From the NCBI GenBank assembly GCA_003971905.1, contig RSEE01000007.1:372001-436000 (forward strand): a stretch of 64,000 nucleotides of DNA, in the 5' to 3' direction. Of this stretch, positions 38,202 through 51,500 are shown piece after piece. Positions within the stretch are counted from its first letter, which is position 1; every line of letters begins with the position of its first letter. The notes under the pieces were generated by a model. It had not been told where the DNA came from and searched no databases. It saw only the letters and a list, made by a program, of their open reading frames with translations. This DNA is from Moniliella sp. 'wahieum'. Its lineage: Eukaryota. The translations under genes were made by a program, and so were the position numbers.

Positions 38202-40901
38202 ATGTCTGGCACAGGCAAAGCGGGCTGAATGCGCCCGGGCGCGTCCCTGACGCCCTCGCTGGCATCGACGGACGGGTACAACTCATCCTTGCCCAGGCGG
38301 TCAGCACCGCCAGTAAGGCTCCGCCTGACTGGGGCTCTGTTGCCGAGCTCGTTCGCCCCCACCTCCCCTCCCTCACCCTCACTCCTCGCCAGTGCGAGCT
38401 GGCGTGGCGTGCACTCATGCGCCAGCGCGGCATTGTCAAGGCCCATCTGCATCATTATGGCCACCGACCGGCTTCACGCCACGTCACGTTCAAGGCCCCG
38501 TTTGAAGTCCGCACTGACGCCCCCGCTCAACGCGCCTTGGCTGAGCTCCTGGCCGTCGAACGCATGGAGTGGCTGAAGAAGGAGCTTGTTCGGCGAGAAG
38601 TCCGGGCCAAGTGCGTATCTCCTTTCGATTGTCGACGCGTCTGCATTTGCTAGTGCTAACAGTTCTTACTCCCCCAGAGAAATCGATGTGGAACTGGCCA
38701 AGATTGCCGCCGAGGAGCGGCCGCCGCCCGATGCTACCCCTGGGGCGGCTGCTACCGTTGTTGCTCCTCCCGCTGCACCCACGTCTGCGCCGACGACGAG
38801 TTCTGCCCCTACTCCTGTCGCGCCGTCTGCTTCTCGTCCAGCCGCTCCACCTCCGGCACCACAGGTGCCTGACGCTGCCATCCAGCCTTCTCCAGCTGTG
38901 GCACCCATAACGTCAGGAGCCCCCCCGCCAGTTGGTCCCACCGCCACCACCGCAACGAACGGAACATTGCCAGACTCCATCCCGGCTCCTTCGGCCTCCC
39001 AATCCGGACCCCGCATAATTGTCACACCCTCTCAGCCAGCTACCGCCCAATCGACTGGCACGAGTGCCGCAACTTCTCCCACCACCCGGTCATCCCAGCC
39101 CCCACCCCGACAGCCGAACCTGCTCCTCCCATCGATGTCCCCCCATCTGGGGCGGCTTCCGCTGCCCCTCAAGTTGCTATCGAAAACGCTACATCTGACC
39201 AGCCAGCTACGGCGTCTAGTGCGCTCCCTGTTCCACCTGCTTCTGATTCATCCCTAGCCTCGGCCCCATCCCCGTCGCCACAGGTCGCTGTTCCTCCTCA
39301 GGAAGATGGAAAGGAGGCAGGCACTGTCTCTGCTGCTCCATCGAATGCCCCAACGGCTCCGGCGGATGCGACCATGACCCCTCCAAAGGAAACCAAGGCG
39401 CCAGACGAACCGGCAGCTACGTCATCCTCTGCCGTGGCGCCGATCCCTCCCCAAGTTAATCCGGCTATTCCAGAAGCCATCGTAGAGGGGGCCAAACCAG
39501 CTGCTGTTGAGGAGGAGGGCACGAGCAGTACCCAATCTGACTCGCAAGCCAACACCCATCCCGTCCAAGGCGGGGCGGTAGGAAGCAAGGCCGCCAAGGG
39601 ATCGACTGACTACGACTCGGACGCGACTACTTCTCCTCCTTCGAAGGAGCAAAGGCCCGACGATGGCGAGCTTGAGGTTGCCTCTTCCCAACCCCATGCG
39701 GATGTGCCGGAAGATATGTCCACTTCTCTCAAGGAGGAGGATTCCACTACCAAAGATAAGGAGAGGAAGGTGGTTGAGGACAAGACTGAGCCTCAAGAGG
39801 CTTCACCGGAGAAGATCACGAAAGAGGAGGTCACCCAAGAGGATGAGACGGCAGGTGAAGCTGTGAAGGAGACTGCCACTGAGGATGTTCCTGATGAAAA
39901 GGAACTGGCTCCACCCGAGGCCGCGACCCCTGAAGTTACCGAGCAACGACCTGCGATGCAGCAGGAAGACGAGGAGGAAGAGTTGGAAGCTATGAAAGGG
40001 GTTGAGGCCGAGACGAAAGGGGTCGAACCTGGCCACGAAACTCCCGCAGCGGAGGAGGCATCACCTGAACCGTCTCCAGAACCCACTGTGCGCACGACCC
40101 GTGCTAAAGCTCATGCCGTTGCCGAGGCCAAAGCGGCGGAAGCCGAACGCAAGTCCCGTTCGGACGCTGATGCTCATACTGAGGAGAAGAGCAAGGATGC
40201 TGAAATTCAGGCACTTAACGACGGCGAGGTTAAAGGCGCGAAACCTTACCGCAAGAAGCGGGGACGGGAGGCAGATGAGGATGAAGATGAGGAGGAGCAC
40301 GCGGATCGGCCAGAGAAGCGAACTCGACGGAGACGAGGAACGACTACCCCCGCCGAGACGGACACGGAACAGGATCCAGAAGGGAAGAGGATGAAGGTGA
40401 TGGGGATCGTGGGGATTCTCACGAGCCCGAGGGTGATGAGGGGCGTCGTCCGTCCGTCGAACGGCTAAGAACAAGACGGGCCGGGCGACATCTGCGCGAC
40501 GAACGATGCGCCGGTCTAGTGTGGCTTCCTTAGCTGGGACACACACCGATGAGGAGGAAAAACAGAAGAAGAAGCGGCAAGGGTTGCTGATGATGGTGCT
40601 GGATAACGTGGCAAGCCACAACCATGCCAACCTGTTCAACTCCCCCATACGCGCTCAAGATGCCCCTGACTACCACCAAATTGTTCACCACCCTATTGAC
40701 CTCAAAATGATTCGCCTGAAGATTCGGGATGGCACCATCTCCACTCTTGTCCAACTCAAACGGGACTTGAGCCTTATGTTTGCCAACTCGCTCATGTACT
40801 CGCGCCCGGGCACCCAGATCTACCGAATGGCTTCGGAAATGCGTGCCGCTGCCGAAGAGGTCCTACTTCGGTTTGAGATGACCCAAGCAGACCAGTGGTA
40901 A
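38202..40901 (+). CDS. BRD8/Bdc1-like protein with a single C-terminal bromodomain (putative NuA4-associated)
   Basis: N-terminal LILAQAV...DWGSVAELV...TPRQCE block, intron 38611..38677, a long P/A/E-rich linker, and the bromodomain HANLFNSPIRAQDAPDYHQIVHHPIDLKMI...RDLSLMFANSLMYS. Confidence 0.85.
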
Positions 40902-41779
40902 TGTAAAATGCCGGCAGTACCGGCGCTGTTGATACACTATCTAACCTCAGGTGTGAGCCTCAGACCTCACCTGCCTTGACGTTGTACTTCCATACTTTGA
41001 ACCGTCGAACCGATTCGCTCTGTCAAGATCCTGTAGTGGAGCGTTTAAGCTGGCTTGTTCCTCGACTTGAAGTTGAACACTCGTTCTTACACGTGGGTCC
41101 AGGAGCGGAAAATAGATGAGCGATTCGCTCTCCACCAGATGGACGATTGAGTGGGCAATCGCTGAAATGGTGTTTTTGGTAATCGTCGGTCATCAGACCG
41201 CATTGAGGGGGACCTCGTTGGGTCATCGACATGCGTGATGCTCTTGATCTTGCTCGAGTGGACAGCGGCGTGGGGATCCATGCGGTCCGTCTTTTCGGTA
41301 TTAGTCCAGCGGGGCGGCAACAATGAGCGCAGGTGAACTTGTAGTATGAATGCAGCTCGAGGACAAAAGTCTGAAGCAAATGCAGAGAGAATGAAAGTGA
41401 ACACGACAGAACGAGATCCTATATACCCGCTAGGCCAACGCCCGGCCAGACCAATGGGGCGTGCCTGTCGGCACCGCACACGTCATTGATCTCGTTGTAT
41501 CTCCACACCAGGTTCATATCCAGACCTGCTCTCATGCCACTCAGCGAGACCGGCACGCCCTCTGTCGGTCCCCCCAGTTGCAGCACCAGTCCAGGCTATT
41601 GCCGCCCCACTAGGCATAGTGGCAAACACATCAAATTGGTCAAAGGAGAAGATTTTTTTTGTTTTTTCTTTGCAAGGCATTTGAGTTTCAAAGGAGGACC
41701 AAGATCGCGGTCAGATCCGATAGAGAAGAAAAAATGTTAACATCAGGAAAGAAGAGAGAATGAAGAAACAGAATTCACA

Positions 41780-42674
41780 TCAGACAGAAGAAAAGGAGAG
41801 AGCAAAGCGAGCCTGGAAGACAGCCAAAGCCGCGCGAGTACTAGCCAACTCTGTCGCCAACCGCGCATTCTCCTCTTTGAGCTGCGAAAGCTCATTCGCC
41901 CGACGGCGGCGCGACTGACGGGCAGCAATCGTGTTTTTGTGCCTTCGTTCCAAGAGCGCAGACACAGCAGGATCCGATGAGGTGGCAGGGGCGTTGCACG
42001 GTGGCGTCTGCTCCCCTTCCTTATGCGGATGACCATAGTCTCGACGAGACGTTTGGCTTGCACCATAGTAGGTGCGTTTTTGGACAGGTGCATCCACCGG
42101 TAAAAGTTCAGATGCTTTCCGTGGGCGACGCTTGCCCTTCTTGGGAGGTGCCGTGGAAGATTCCAGATTGGGAGAGGCATCATCACTCTCCCGGGAGCTA
42201 GGAACGCCTGTAGGAGGTGGAGGTGGAGTTGGAGGTGGGGGAAGTGATGTCGAGAAAGATGGAGGCAGGAACGAAGGCAACGTAGGCAAGGGCGGGGAAC
42301 ACGGCACGAGCGAGAAGAAAAGTCGAAATCAGAGGGAACAAGAGAAGAAAATTGGGCACCTTCGACAGAACGAGGAGGGTGTGTGGGCATATCAGTAAAT
42401 GTGATTGCCGCCGGGGCTTCCACCGACTTGAGGCTCGAATCAAATGGGAAGGCGAAACTGCCCAAGAAGACATCCTCAGGATCAGCTGTTGTTACGTAGC
42501 CATCTTCGCTTTCGCGACGAGGGGATGATGTTCCACTTGAGAAGCAGGAGCGGTAACAGATGCAAGATCAAGAATGGAAGGATCGCAACTAGGGGAAAGG
42601 TCGGGATCAAGCGTGGGCATCGTCGCACTCCACATGTGATGTAGGTCTTGAACTGGGTCCGAAACACTTGCCAT
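41780..42674 (-). CDS. CPC1: Gcn4/Cpc1-like bZIP transcription factor
   Basis: Basic region RRHKNTIAARQSRRRR followed by a short zipper. The upstream block LLPVDAPVQKRTYYGASQTSRR is typical of basidiomycete Gcn4-like factors. A uORF is present in the leader. A further in-frame ATG lies at 42989. Confidence 0.72.
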
Positions 42675-42831
42675 GGAAGTGAGGGAAGTAGAATGTAACG
42701 TCGTCGGCGATACAGAGTCAGGCAATGGCGACTCGACCTTAATGTGTTGTGAAAGCTTGGCTATAGGTAGCGGCAGGGGTGCAGACGGAGTGGGAAGCGG
42801 GGTGTGGGATGCCTGCCGCGATGGCGGTGCT

Positions 42832-43023
42832 TCAGCGATTGGGGGGTGGGTCAAGGAGGTACGGGAAAGCAAGATTGCTCTTGAGGCCTCGAGAACGAGG
42901 CGCTCGGTTGGGGTAAGGTGTCCCAATTGAGGTGGGGTGCTTGGTTCGGAAGAGGCGGGGGCGGTGCACGCCCCAAGAGTTTTCCCCATAGCGGGGAATG
43001 TACTGGGAACCGAGGATAGCCAT
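42832..43023 (-). promoter_or_regulatory. Candidate 63-codon upstream ORF in the leader of the Cpc1-like gene
   Basis: GCAATGG start at 43023, reading MAILGSQYIPRY...PPPNR* and ending at 42832. It is out of frame with the main ATG. Confidence 0.5.
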
Positions 43024-43967
43024 TGCTTGTAGGACTGGTCGATGGGGATGGGCACGGAGGGGTGGGGGAGGGCACAACTGGCGTGGGCGCGAGGTGCGCG
43101 GGTGTGTGGGGGGGGAGGTGCGGGCTGGGCTGGTGAGGAGACAAGGTGGGCGAGGGAGACCGACGCGACACGGGGGACCACTGCAACCACGGGGGTGAGG
43201 CACTGGCGGGGAGCAGAGACGAGATTGGGGCTGCGTGCGTGTACGGGAGGGTGGATGGGGGAGGCGACCAACGAGGGGCTCGTCGTCGCCAGGAGGTGCA
43301 GGAGGAGGAAGGACGAAGGAGGGAGGAAGAAAGGAAGAAGCGGTGGGTGGTGGGAGAAAATAAAGCAGGTTCCAGGGCCGGCCGCAGCCTCGTCGGACTT
43401 GCGTGGGCGCCACGCAATCGTCAGTGCAACTGCGACTCCACCATGTGCTTCCAGGCATGCCTGGCAGCAGCCTGCACGGGGACAGTGTGCGAAACCCTAC
43501 GTGGCCGCAGGCTATGACTCGAGTGAATCTTAGAACGTGCGATCCGTTTCGGATCTAAGACTAAGTACTAATCGACCATCCTGAGGCCTGAGGCCTGAAT
43601 ATTGAATCCCAGAAGCCGCGGACAACCTGCTGGGCGTGCAATACGTAGGGCCAGCGCATATATGAATCAAGAGAGCTAGGGTTCGTCCGCTCCGCCCGCT
43701 TTTCTTCCCCCCTCCGTTACAGAATCTAGATCTCACATCCAGCGGCTGAAGAGACTGCGTGAGAGATCCACACCAGGGCACGCACAGGCCGGGTACCGTT
43801 CAAAGTTTCAACGTGCCCCCCTTGGCCCGATCGGTGCAAGTGACGTAAGCGTCCCGCCCCTCCCATCATTCTATCAGCCCGCCAAAAAAAATCGAGTGCG
43901 GCCATTCTCATCCGCTCCCGAAACCAACCCATACCAGCCCAACCACCACCCACGCCCCTCCTCCGCC

Positions 43968-46903
43968 ATGCCTTCGCCGGGCCATGCCGTCGTCCCGGAT
44001 CCCGAAACGGAATTGCCGGCCTTCCTGGCGATGCTGCAGACGCATCTGGGCGCCTCTACGCGTGCTGCTGCTTCGCTGCCCTCGGCCTCCGACCTCGCCT
44101 TCCACACCACTCTCGACCGCTCTCTCGCTCGCCGGAGCGACGAGGAGGCTCAGCGCATTATTCAGACCACTGACCGCATATTTGAGTGGATTGCCCATGG
44201 CGCAACCTCATCTGTTGCGGAAGAGCGTGCTGGCGGGTTGCGTCCCCAGCCCTTGACCGACTCACGTCAGCACCGCCGACGAGTTTGCGGCAACCATGGG
44301 TGATGTTGTAGATCATCTGCTGGAGCGCACTGATGCGCTGCTCGACGACTACTTGGGTCGCGCTGCAATCCAGTCTCAGTATCTGCGAGCAGCTCCAAGG
44401 CCACCTCCATGCGTGACAAGAATCTGCCTCTACCGCCCCAGATTCTGCGCGCACATCGACCCTCGACCACAGGACAGCTTTGTCGAGACTAAACCTGACA
44501 ATCGTCCCGGTGTACCATGGAGCCGCCCGTTCCGGTTTGGAAAGCCCCATGCATTGAAGCCACCCAAGGGCTGGGAGGTTCCTCTCCCTCTCGACTCAGA
44601 GGGCAGGCAGATCCCACAAGGTCGCCGGATGGGCAAGTACATTGAGGAAGATGACGCGCGCAAGAACCCTTACTACTTTGAGATCCTCTCCTTTGATCCC
44701 CCGCAGCATGCGTTTGTCCTTCCTAAAGCTGCTGATGAGAAGGAAAGGGATCGATTCTGAGCAAAAAGAAGATGAGGGAGCACCTGTTCTGCTGGAGCCC
44801 GTCCCTTTGGACCTAGACAATCCCGCTGGCGAGACGGGGGTCCCCTTTACCTGGATCTCAGACAAGGCTGGTCTCGATGCGCTCCTGGCGCACTTGCTTG
44901 AACCGAGAGTGAAGGATATTGATTGATTTGGAGCACCACAGCCTTCGTACATTCCAAGGCCTTACGTCTCTCATGCAGCTCAGCACCCGCTGGGCGACTA
45001 CATCATCGATACGCTTCAGGATGAAGTCCGTGTCCACGCCGAAATGCTGAACCAAGTCTTTTGCGACCCAAACAAGGTTAAGGTTCTGCACGGAGCTGAT
45101 GCGGATGTTCTGTGGCTCCAACGTGATTTGGGCCTGTACATCGTAGGTCTCTTCGATACGTTCCACGCTGCACGACTACTCCAGTTCCCGCAACGTGGAC
45201 TTGCTTTCCTCCTTTCCCGCTACACGGGATTTGAAGCGGACAAGCGTTTCCAGCTTGCCGACTGGCGCATCCGGCCTCTTCCAGATGAGATGCTCTTCTA
45301 CGCCCGCAGCGATACGCACAGTCTCTTGTATGTATATGACCGTCTCCGCGCCGAGCTTGCTCAGCCAAGGGATTTGATGCTATTCGCAATGTCTTCAAAC
45401 GATCAAAGTCGGTTTCCTTCAAAGTATATGCCAAGTCGGAATGGGAGGCCGACGGGTCCGGTTCGGATGGATGGGCAGGCTTGTACCGTCGTCACCTCAA
45501 CCAAGCAACTAAGTCAATCATGCTCGACTCTACTGATGAGCCTGTGGAGCAGCAAGCCCAGCGTGTTTGGCCTCTTCTCAAGACGATGTTTATTCTGCGA
45601 GAGTTACACCACTGGCGCGACAATACGGCCCGTGAAGAAGACGAGAGTAACCAGTACGTCATTGTTTTCCTATCTTTGCAGTTTATTGACCCAGATTCGA
45701 TTAGTTCCACTATGACCTCATGGAACTTGGTCCAATTAGCGCAGCAAGCGCCCATCTCCCGACAGGGAGTTATGGGGGCATTGTCGGGGAAAATGAGCCC
45801 CTTGCTCCGGCGGCATCAGGACGAGATGGCGTCTGTCATTAAAACATCAGAGGCAAAGTGGACCTCTACTGTTGAGGCAACCGTGAGCGGGGCCAAACCT
45901 ATTCCACCGGAATTTGGTAGAACAAATGGGGGCCGTTTGCAATGCCTTGGACCTGCCCGATGTTCTGCTAAAAGAAATGCTGACGGCCGCACGGGTTCAG
46001 GAAGGCTCTCCTGCCCACCCTCTCGCTCACTTTTGGCTGAACATGCCGAATCGGACCAAATCCTTGCCACCGCCCCCCTTGCTGCGGAGAGGCAGAGCGC
46101 CAGCTGGCGTTTGGTCACTGACGGCCCGCGGGTCAATCCGGCTCTCTTTACTTCGCTTGCGGGTCCTCAAACGTCTACAGCGCTCTTTTTGCCCGCCACG
46201 CCCGTCCCCCCTCGGCTGTGCAAGAGAAGCCGACCGCACCTCCCAAGTCACTCTTTGATCTTCCTCAAAACGCATTTGGATTCCCCCTCGAAGTGGAACA
46301 AGACGACGATCTACGGGACTCCCAGCCTGAAGTGTTCCACGATATCTTCGCCGATTTCGCCCAGCAAGTCGCCCCCTTGCTCTTCACCCCCTCCACAAAT
46401 ATCAATGCCAAGGAAATTCCCCACCTCGAACCGGAGAGCATCCCGTTTGTCCCTGCTGACCAGCGTGGGTCGGCGAGTGGGGGTCTAGAAGCCACTTCTG
46501 CTCCGGCTCCGACTGCGGCCACTCCGCCCCTCCCGTGGCTGCAGTAAAAGAAGAACCAGAGGTGGAGATGTTGGATGATGAAATCAAGCTCCACCAAGCC
46601 CTGGAGCGCGACGCAGTGCATGTGCGCAAGGGTGAGAAGCGCAGACAGCAACAACAGGTCAAGGGGACAAGTCGCGGCGAGGTGGCAACCCACGACTTCA
46701 GTAAGGAAACGTCCTTGCTGGATCAGCAGCGCCCGAAACAGAAGAAGCCACCTGGGGACAAGGGTAAAAAGAAAAAGGGTAATACGGATGGCAAGAAAGC
46801 CAAGTCCTCGTCTTCCTCTGCCTCTTCCAAGACACCGGCGCCAGCCCGGGCGGTGCGCAAACCGAAGGAGTTTGGATCCAAGAGCTTCACATTTACCAAA
46901 TGA
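43968..46903 (+). CDS. RRP6: Nuclear exosome 3'-5' exonuclease Rrp6/EXOSC10
   Basis: PMC2NT-like start ([10 protein letters not shown]), [67 protein letters not shown] block [15 protein letters not shown], and a basic tail KSFTFTK*. Confidence 0.95.
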
Positions 46904-48875
46904 GCAAATGGATCCCTTTCGACTCAAAAGAGTAGCTTTTGCTTTGGTCTCTCGGCATATACTAGTTTAATCATCCTAGTATAGCTCCCATTGCGGCAGG
47001 CCTAGTGTCATATAAGAGTTTTGTTATTAGGCCCCCTTCCTTCCTGTGTTCCCTCTCCCTTCTCCACTTTCACACTTCCTGAGAGCCTCACGCCGAGCCA
47101 TCAATCAGTTGATACCTTTGGTTATCGGTGTGGCGATTCTTCTTTTCATAGTCTCGTTGCCGGCACTAGCCCTGATACACCCTAGCTCCATATAGTATTA
47201 ACCACAGCGAAGTAGGCTAGTATGTCATTCAGTCGAAAGGACCTACTATATGCCTGCTGTCCGTAAAGCCCTCATCTCTGCGTGTAGTTAGAATCATTTT
47301 CACCATCCGTTACGCGTTATCCCACTATAATTTCCCAACGGTCGAAGCAGCTATCCTTACCCCGGCGTTCCAAAGGCATCGCGGTGCTCTGCATCCACCT
47401 CCTCGTACGCAGGCATCGCCGCCGGCGTTCCTGAATCCCGCAACGTGCAGCGCTTCCGGCGCTGCCTTCACCGACAGTAGTAGAATGCCACGCAGTGGAT
47501 GATAAACCACGACGGTGGAACGGTCAACCAGTGGCTACACGATGGCTCAGCTTCACCGGTGGACCTGTGGACGAGGGAATGGTGGAACGCAACTGAGCGG
47601 TGACCTGCCCCATGGCACAAAAAAGAGTTTTGTGTTCCTACAATAATCCAGGCACGTTTAGGTTATTATAGGCGCAGCCTTTCTTTGTTCCAGCCTTGAG
47701 CTGTGTCAACTATATAACTGCAATATTACCCGAAGCACAACGACAACATACTACGCGATGGCAACTGGAAGGCATTGCGTATACCCTAATGCAGCTCGTA
47801 ATTGCCCCCAAACTTTTATAATTGCAGTATTCTGAAGGCGTCATCGCGTCATTATCGGTTATCCCTGCTTGTGTTTTCCGCGTCATCTCTGTAATTTCCC
47901 CCACCCGAAACGTAGCTCTGGCCTGCGATGGAGTCCGCTCCCAACAATGCCCAAAGAAACACTCTAGTATTGCATTCATAACATTCACAGAGCTTTAAGG
48001 CTGTGGGGCATCAGAGGAAGAAACGCTACACCTAACCGGCTTATTGCAGTGCTCACCCACAAGAGCGTGTGCTGACTCAAACCAAAAAGAGGCCAAAGGG
48101 CTTTGTCTCTCCAACACGACAGTCACCGGTCAGGACTCTCTGCTCTCTCATGCCATTCGCTAGCTTCCAAGCCGAATGTAGCGCGCGTGGATACGCATGT
48201 GAGCGCCACGAAAACGTGTGCTGGTAGACATAGTATGAGCGAAATCTTCATTGACATTGCTAACGAGACTCGATCTTCACTGTCTTGAAGATTATTCTTC
48301 CAGGCACAGTCTTGAATTCAAGCGTCTTGTTTCCAGTCCTGCGGCATTATGTGTCCACATATGCTTTCGCCATCGAGGAGGTTCGCAGACGTTATGTGCT
48401 TATCGTAATAGTAGTTTCCTACTATGTATAGGGATGATTCAAGATTATGCAGATGATGCGACGTGTTCCTGAATGATGATGCAGTCTTCCAAAGCCCATA
48501 ATATAGTCAAGACGTTTTGGATGTTCGAGTTATGATGAGTGTTTGTACCTTGCGGTATAATCCTTTAGAGAAATGATGCACAGAGCTCGCGAACGCTCGG
48601 GGACCACGTGGGACGGAAACGGCCCATCATCTGCATCATCATTTTGCGCAGTATGTATGTGATTGACTTCTCTTGCTGAGCGTCAGGTATGGATAGTGCC
48701 TCTCCAGAAGTGCATAGGGAAGAGAAGAAAACTGCAGCTATAATAAGTTGGAGTGGGTTTTGACAATAAAATGGTAGTTCTTTCTCCTCTCTTTCTTGGT
48801 TTGTGCCGTCTTCTTGGTTATCTCAGGCCCCTTAAAACCACTTGTTTGTTCCCCCTTTTGGCGACATCACCGCCA

Positions 48876-51042
48876 ATGCCGACTACTGTTGACGGTACGT
48901 TTTTCGAACACCTTTTCTGTGCAACCAAAACTGATTGTTGTGTTGGGACGACCGACAGAGTTGACGTACGACCCACCCCCTTTGGCTCAATCAACCACGA
49001 AGGAGGTGGCCGCTAGTAGCCACGATCCCTCTGCTTCCAGTGACATCGAGAAGAAAGGCTTTGACGGTAATGAAACCACAACGAGGGGAGTACCGTTGAT
49101 TTGCAAGATGGCGCAACGTCATCAGTACCTACTATCGAGGAGATCCACACGCTGCGGCGCTTGCCCGCGCCGGTCCCCTGGCGGGCATACGCCGTGGCAG
49201 TGTGCGAGGGTGAGCGCTTCAGCTACTATGGGGCTACCAATGCGTTCACCAACTATATACAACAACCCAGGCCCCTTACAGTGTGGGTGGTCGTACAGGT
49301 GCAAATCGGACGAGCGGGGGAGTTACAGGTGCGTTGGGCAAGAAAAACGCGCAGCGTTTGGAATCACCACATTCAACTCGTTCTGGGTCTATTGCCCCCA
49401 TATTGGGCGCCTATCTCGCCGATTCATTCTGGGGGCGATACAACACAATCATTATTGCACTGTGCATTACAACAGTGGGGTACGTTTCTCTCATGAGAGA
49501 ACCACACACGAGTTTTCCATCTAACTCTTCAGTCTGCAAAACCCAGCCATATCATTTTGATCATCAGTGGGATCCCCTCGGTTATGGACAATATCCAAGG
49601 TTGCTTTTGGCTGCCTCATCATCGCCATCATCATCATGGGACTCGGTACAGGTTTCTTCAAAGCCACATTAGTCCACTTATTGCTGAGCAAGTCACAGAG
49701 ACCAAAATGCGTACGGCGATTTTGCCCAAGACAGGAGAGAAGGTCATCATCGATCCAAGTTTGACCTTGACCCGTCTATTCATGCTATTGTGCGTTTTGC
49801 CTTCCTCGCCCGTACATCCATGGGGATTCCGAACTGACATGTATAATGCATATGTTGATATCTTTACACAGCTATTTCTTCATCAACATTGGTGCCCTAG
49901 CGGGACAAATTGGCATGAGTTTTGCGGAGAGTACGTGTACCAAGTTCCATTTTCATCGGGGAGGTGCTCTCTATATGACACTGCGTGTTTTCGTTTGTAT
50001 ATGCAACCTGTTGACCTGATTCTCTGCAGAATATGTTGGTTTCTGGCTGGATTTACACTTCCCACCATCATTTTTCTGGGCGCTTTCCCTGTGCTGATTC
50101 TGATGAAGAATAAGTATGTCCGTAACCCTCCATCGGGTTCGCTGCTTCCGTCAGTTCTACGCATTTTGGTACTGCACGAAGCCGTGCATCTCCTGGACCC
50201 AGTCCGGACTTATAAGCATGAAGGCGGATACCTTTTGGGAGCGCGCTTGCCAAGCAAGATTGCACCCGAACTGCGTCCGGCTTGGTGTCTTTGATGACCA
50301 GTGGGTTTGGGAAACTCGCCGAGGATTCAAAGCGTGCCAAGTGTTTTGTCTACTGCCCCTGTACCAACTGGCCTATGGACAATGTCATCCAATCTCACTT
50401 CACAAGCCGCCACCATGCAGCTCCATGGTACACCCAACCAATTGTGGGCAATTTGGATCCGTTCGCCATTCTACTTCTAGCACTACACTCGACTATCTGG
50501 TCTACCCCTTCCTCCGGCGTCGGGGGGCGCATTTCAGCCCTCCCAGCGCATCGCGGTTGATTCGAGGTGGCGGCATGTGCAATGGTGTATGCAGCCGTGA
50601 CGCAGCACTTCATCTACAAAAAGTCGCCTTGCGGGCGTATGCCGGAAACGTGCGACGAGAGGGCGCCGATCAACGTCTGGGAGCAGGCGGGAGTTACTTG
50701 TTGATCGCCACGAGTGAGTTGCTGGTTAACGTTCCGGCGATGGAGTACAGAATACAGCAAGGCACACCGCGCCTGCGTAGCTTTGTCATGGCTGTGCAAT
50801 TGTTCACGTCGGCTATCAGTTCGGCACTGAATGAGGCGTTCAGCCCGATCGCCCAAGACCCCAAGTTGGTAGAAAACTATGCCATTGTCAGTGGCTTGGC
50901 AGGGGGCGGTTGGGGCGATGTGGAATCGTTCTGGATCTTCTCCGTCATCGGACAAGCAAGAGGAGCACCTCAACAACCTTGACGCGATGCCGAACGCCTT
51001 GAAGCAGAGCGTGATGCTCTGAATAAGGAGGACAGACAGTAA
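48876..51042 (+). CDS. PTR2: POT/PTR2-family di/tripeptide transporter, several introns, heavily frameshifted
   Basis: CExERFSYYG signature, PILGAYLADSFWGRYNTI, GLGTGFFKA, ISPLIAEQ, YVRNPPSGS and SFVMAVQLFTSAISSAL. Confidence 0.92.
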
Positions 51043-51500
51043 CGGGATGCTCTTCTTTTTCATCACTTTTCTCGGGGTGGCTGTTATGGCGACACCATAT
51101 ATGAGCATTGTCTTCCGGAAAAAACCCGAGACCGAGAGGATGCCATTTGTTTGATGTTCATGATGATTCTCGTCTATTCCCAGCACGTTCACCCTTGCAG
51201 TCTAGGTTGCTGGATACATAGCTTGGAGAAAAACCCGATAGGCAGGCCGTGTGAGAGGAAGGCCACATGCATACGGCTCTACCCGTAACCAATGGGCCAG
51301 AAGCGTCCGGAAGCCCCAGGAATGTGGTCCGTAGATCACATTACCCCTTGAGGGATTCGGGCACAAACGAGGCCATGGTTTGCGTATATACCGGAAGGTG
51401 TACACGAGGAAACTGCAACATGTGTTGACACCGTGGGCAGAGGAAGTGGAGCACTTAGTCACCCCATGGCAAATACGTCGTCGGGCCGACGGCGGCAAGT

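Noticed and set aside
40947..41285. Possible small minus-strand gene between the bromodomain and bZIP genes (MDPHAAVHSSK...)
   Set aside because: Short, fragmented and without a recognisable motif; cannot be supported without RNA-seq or homology.
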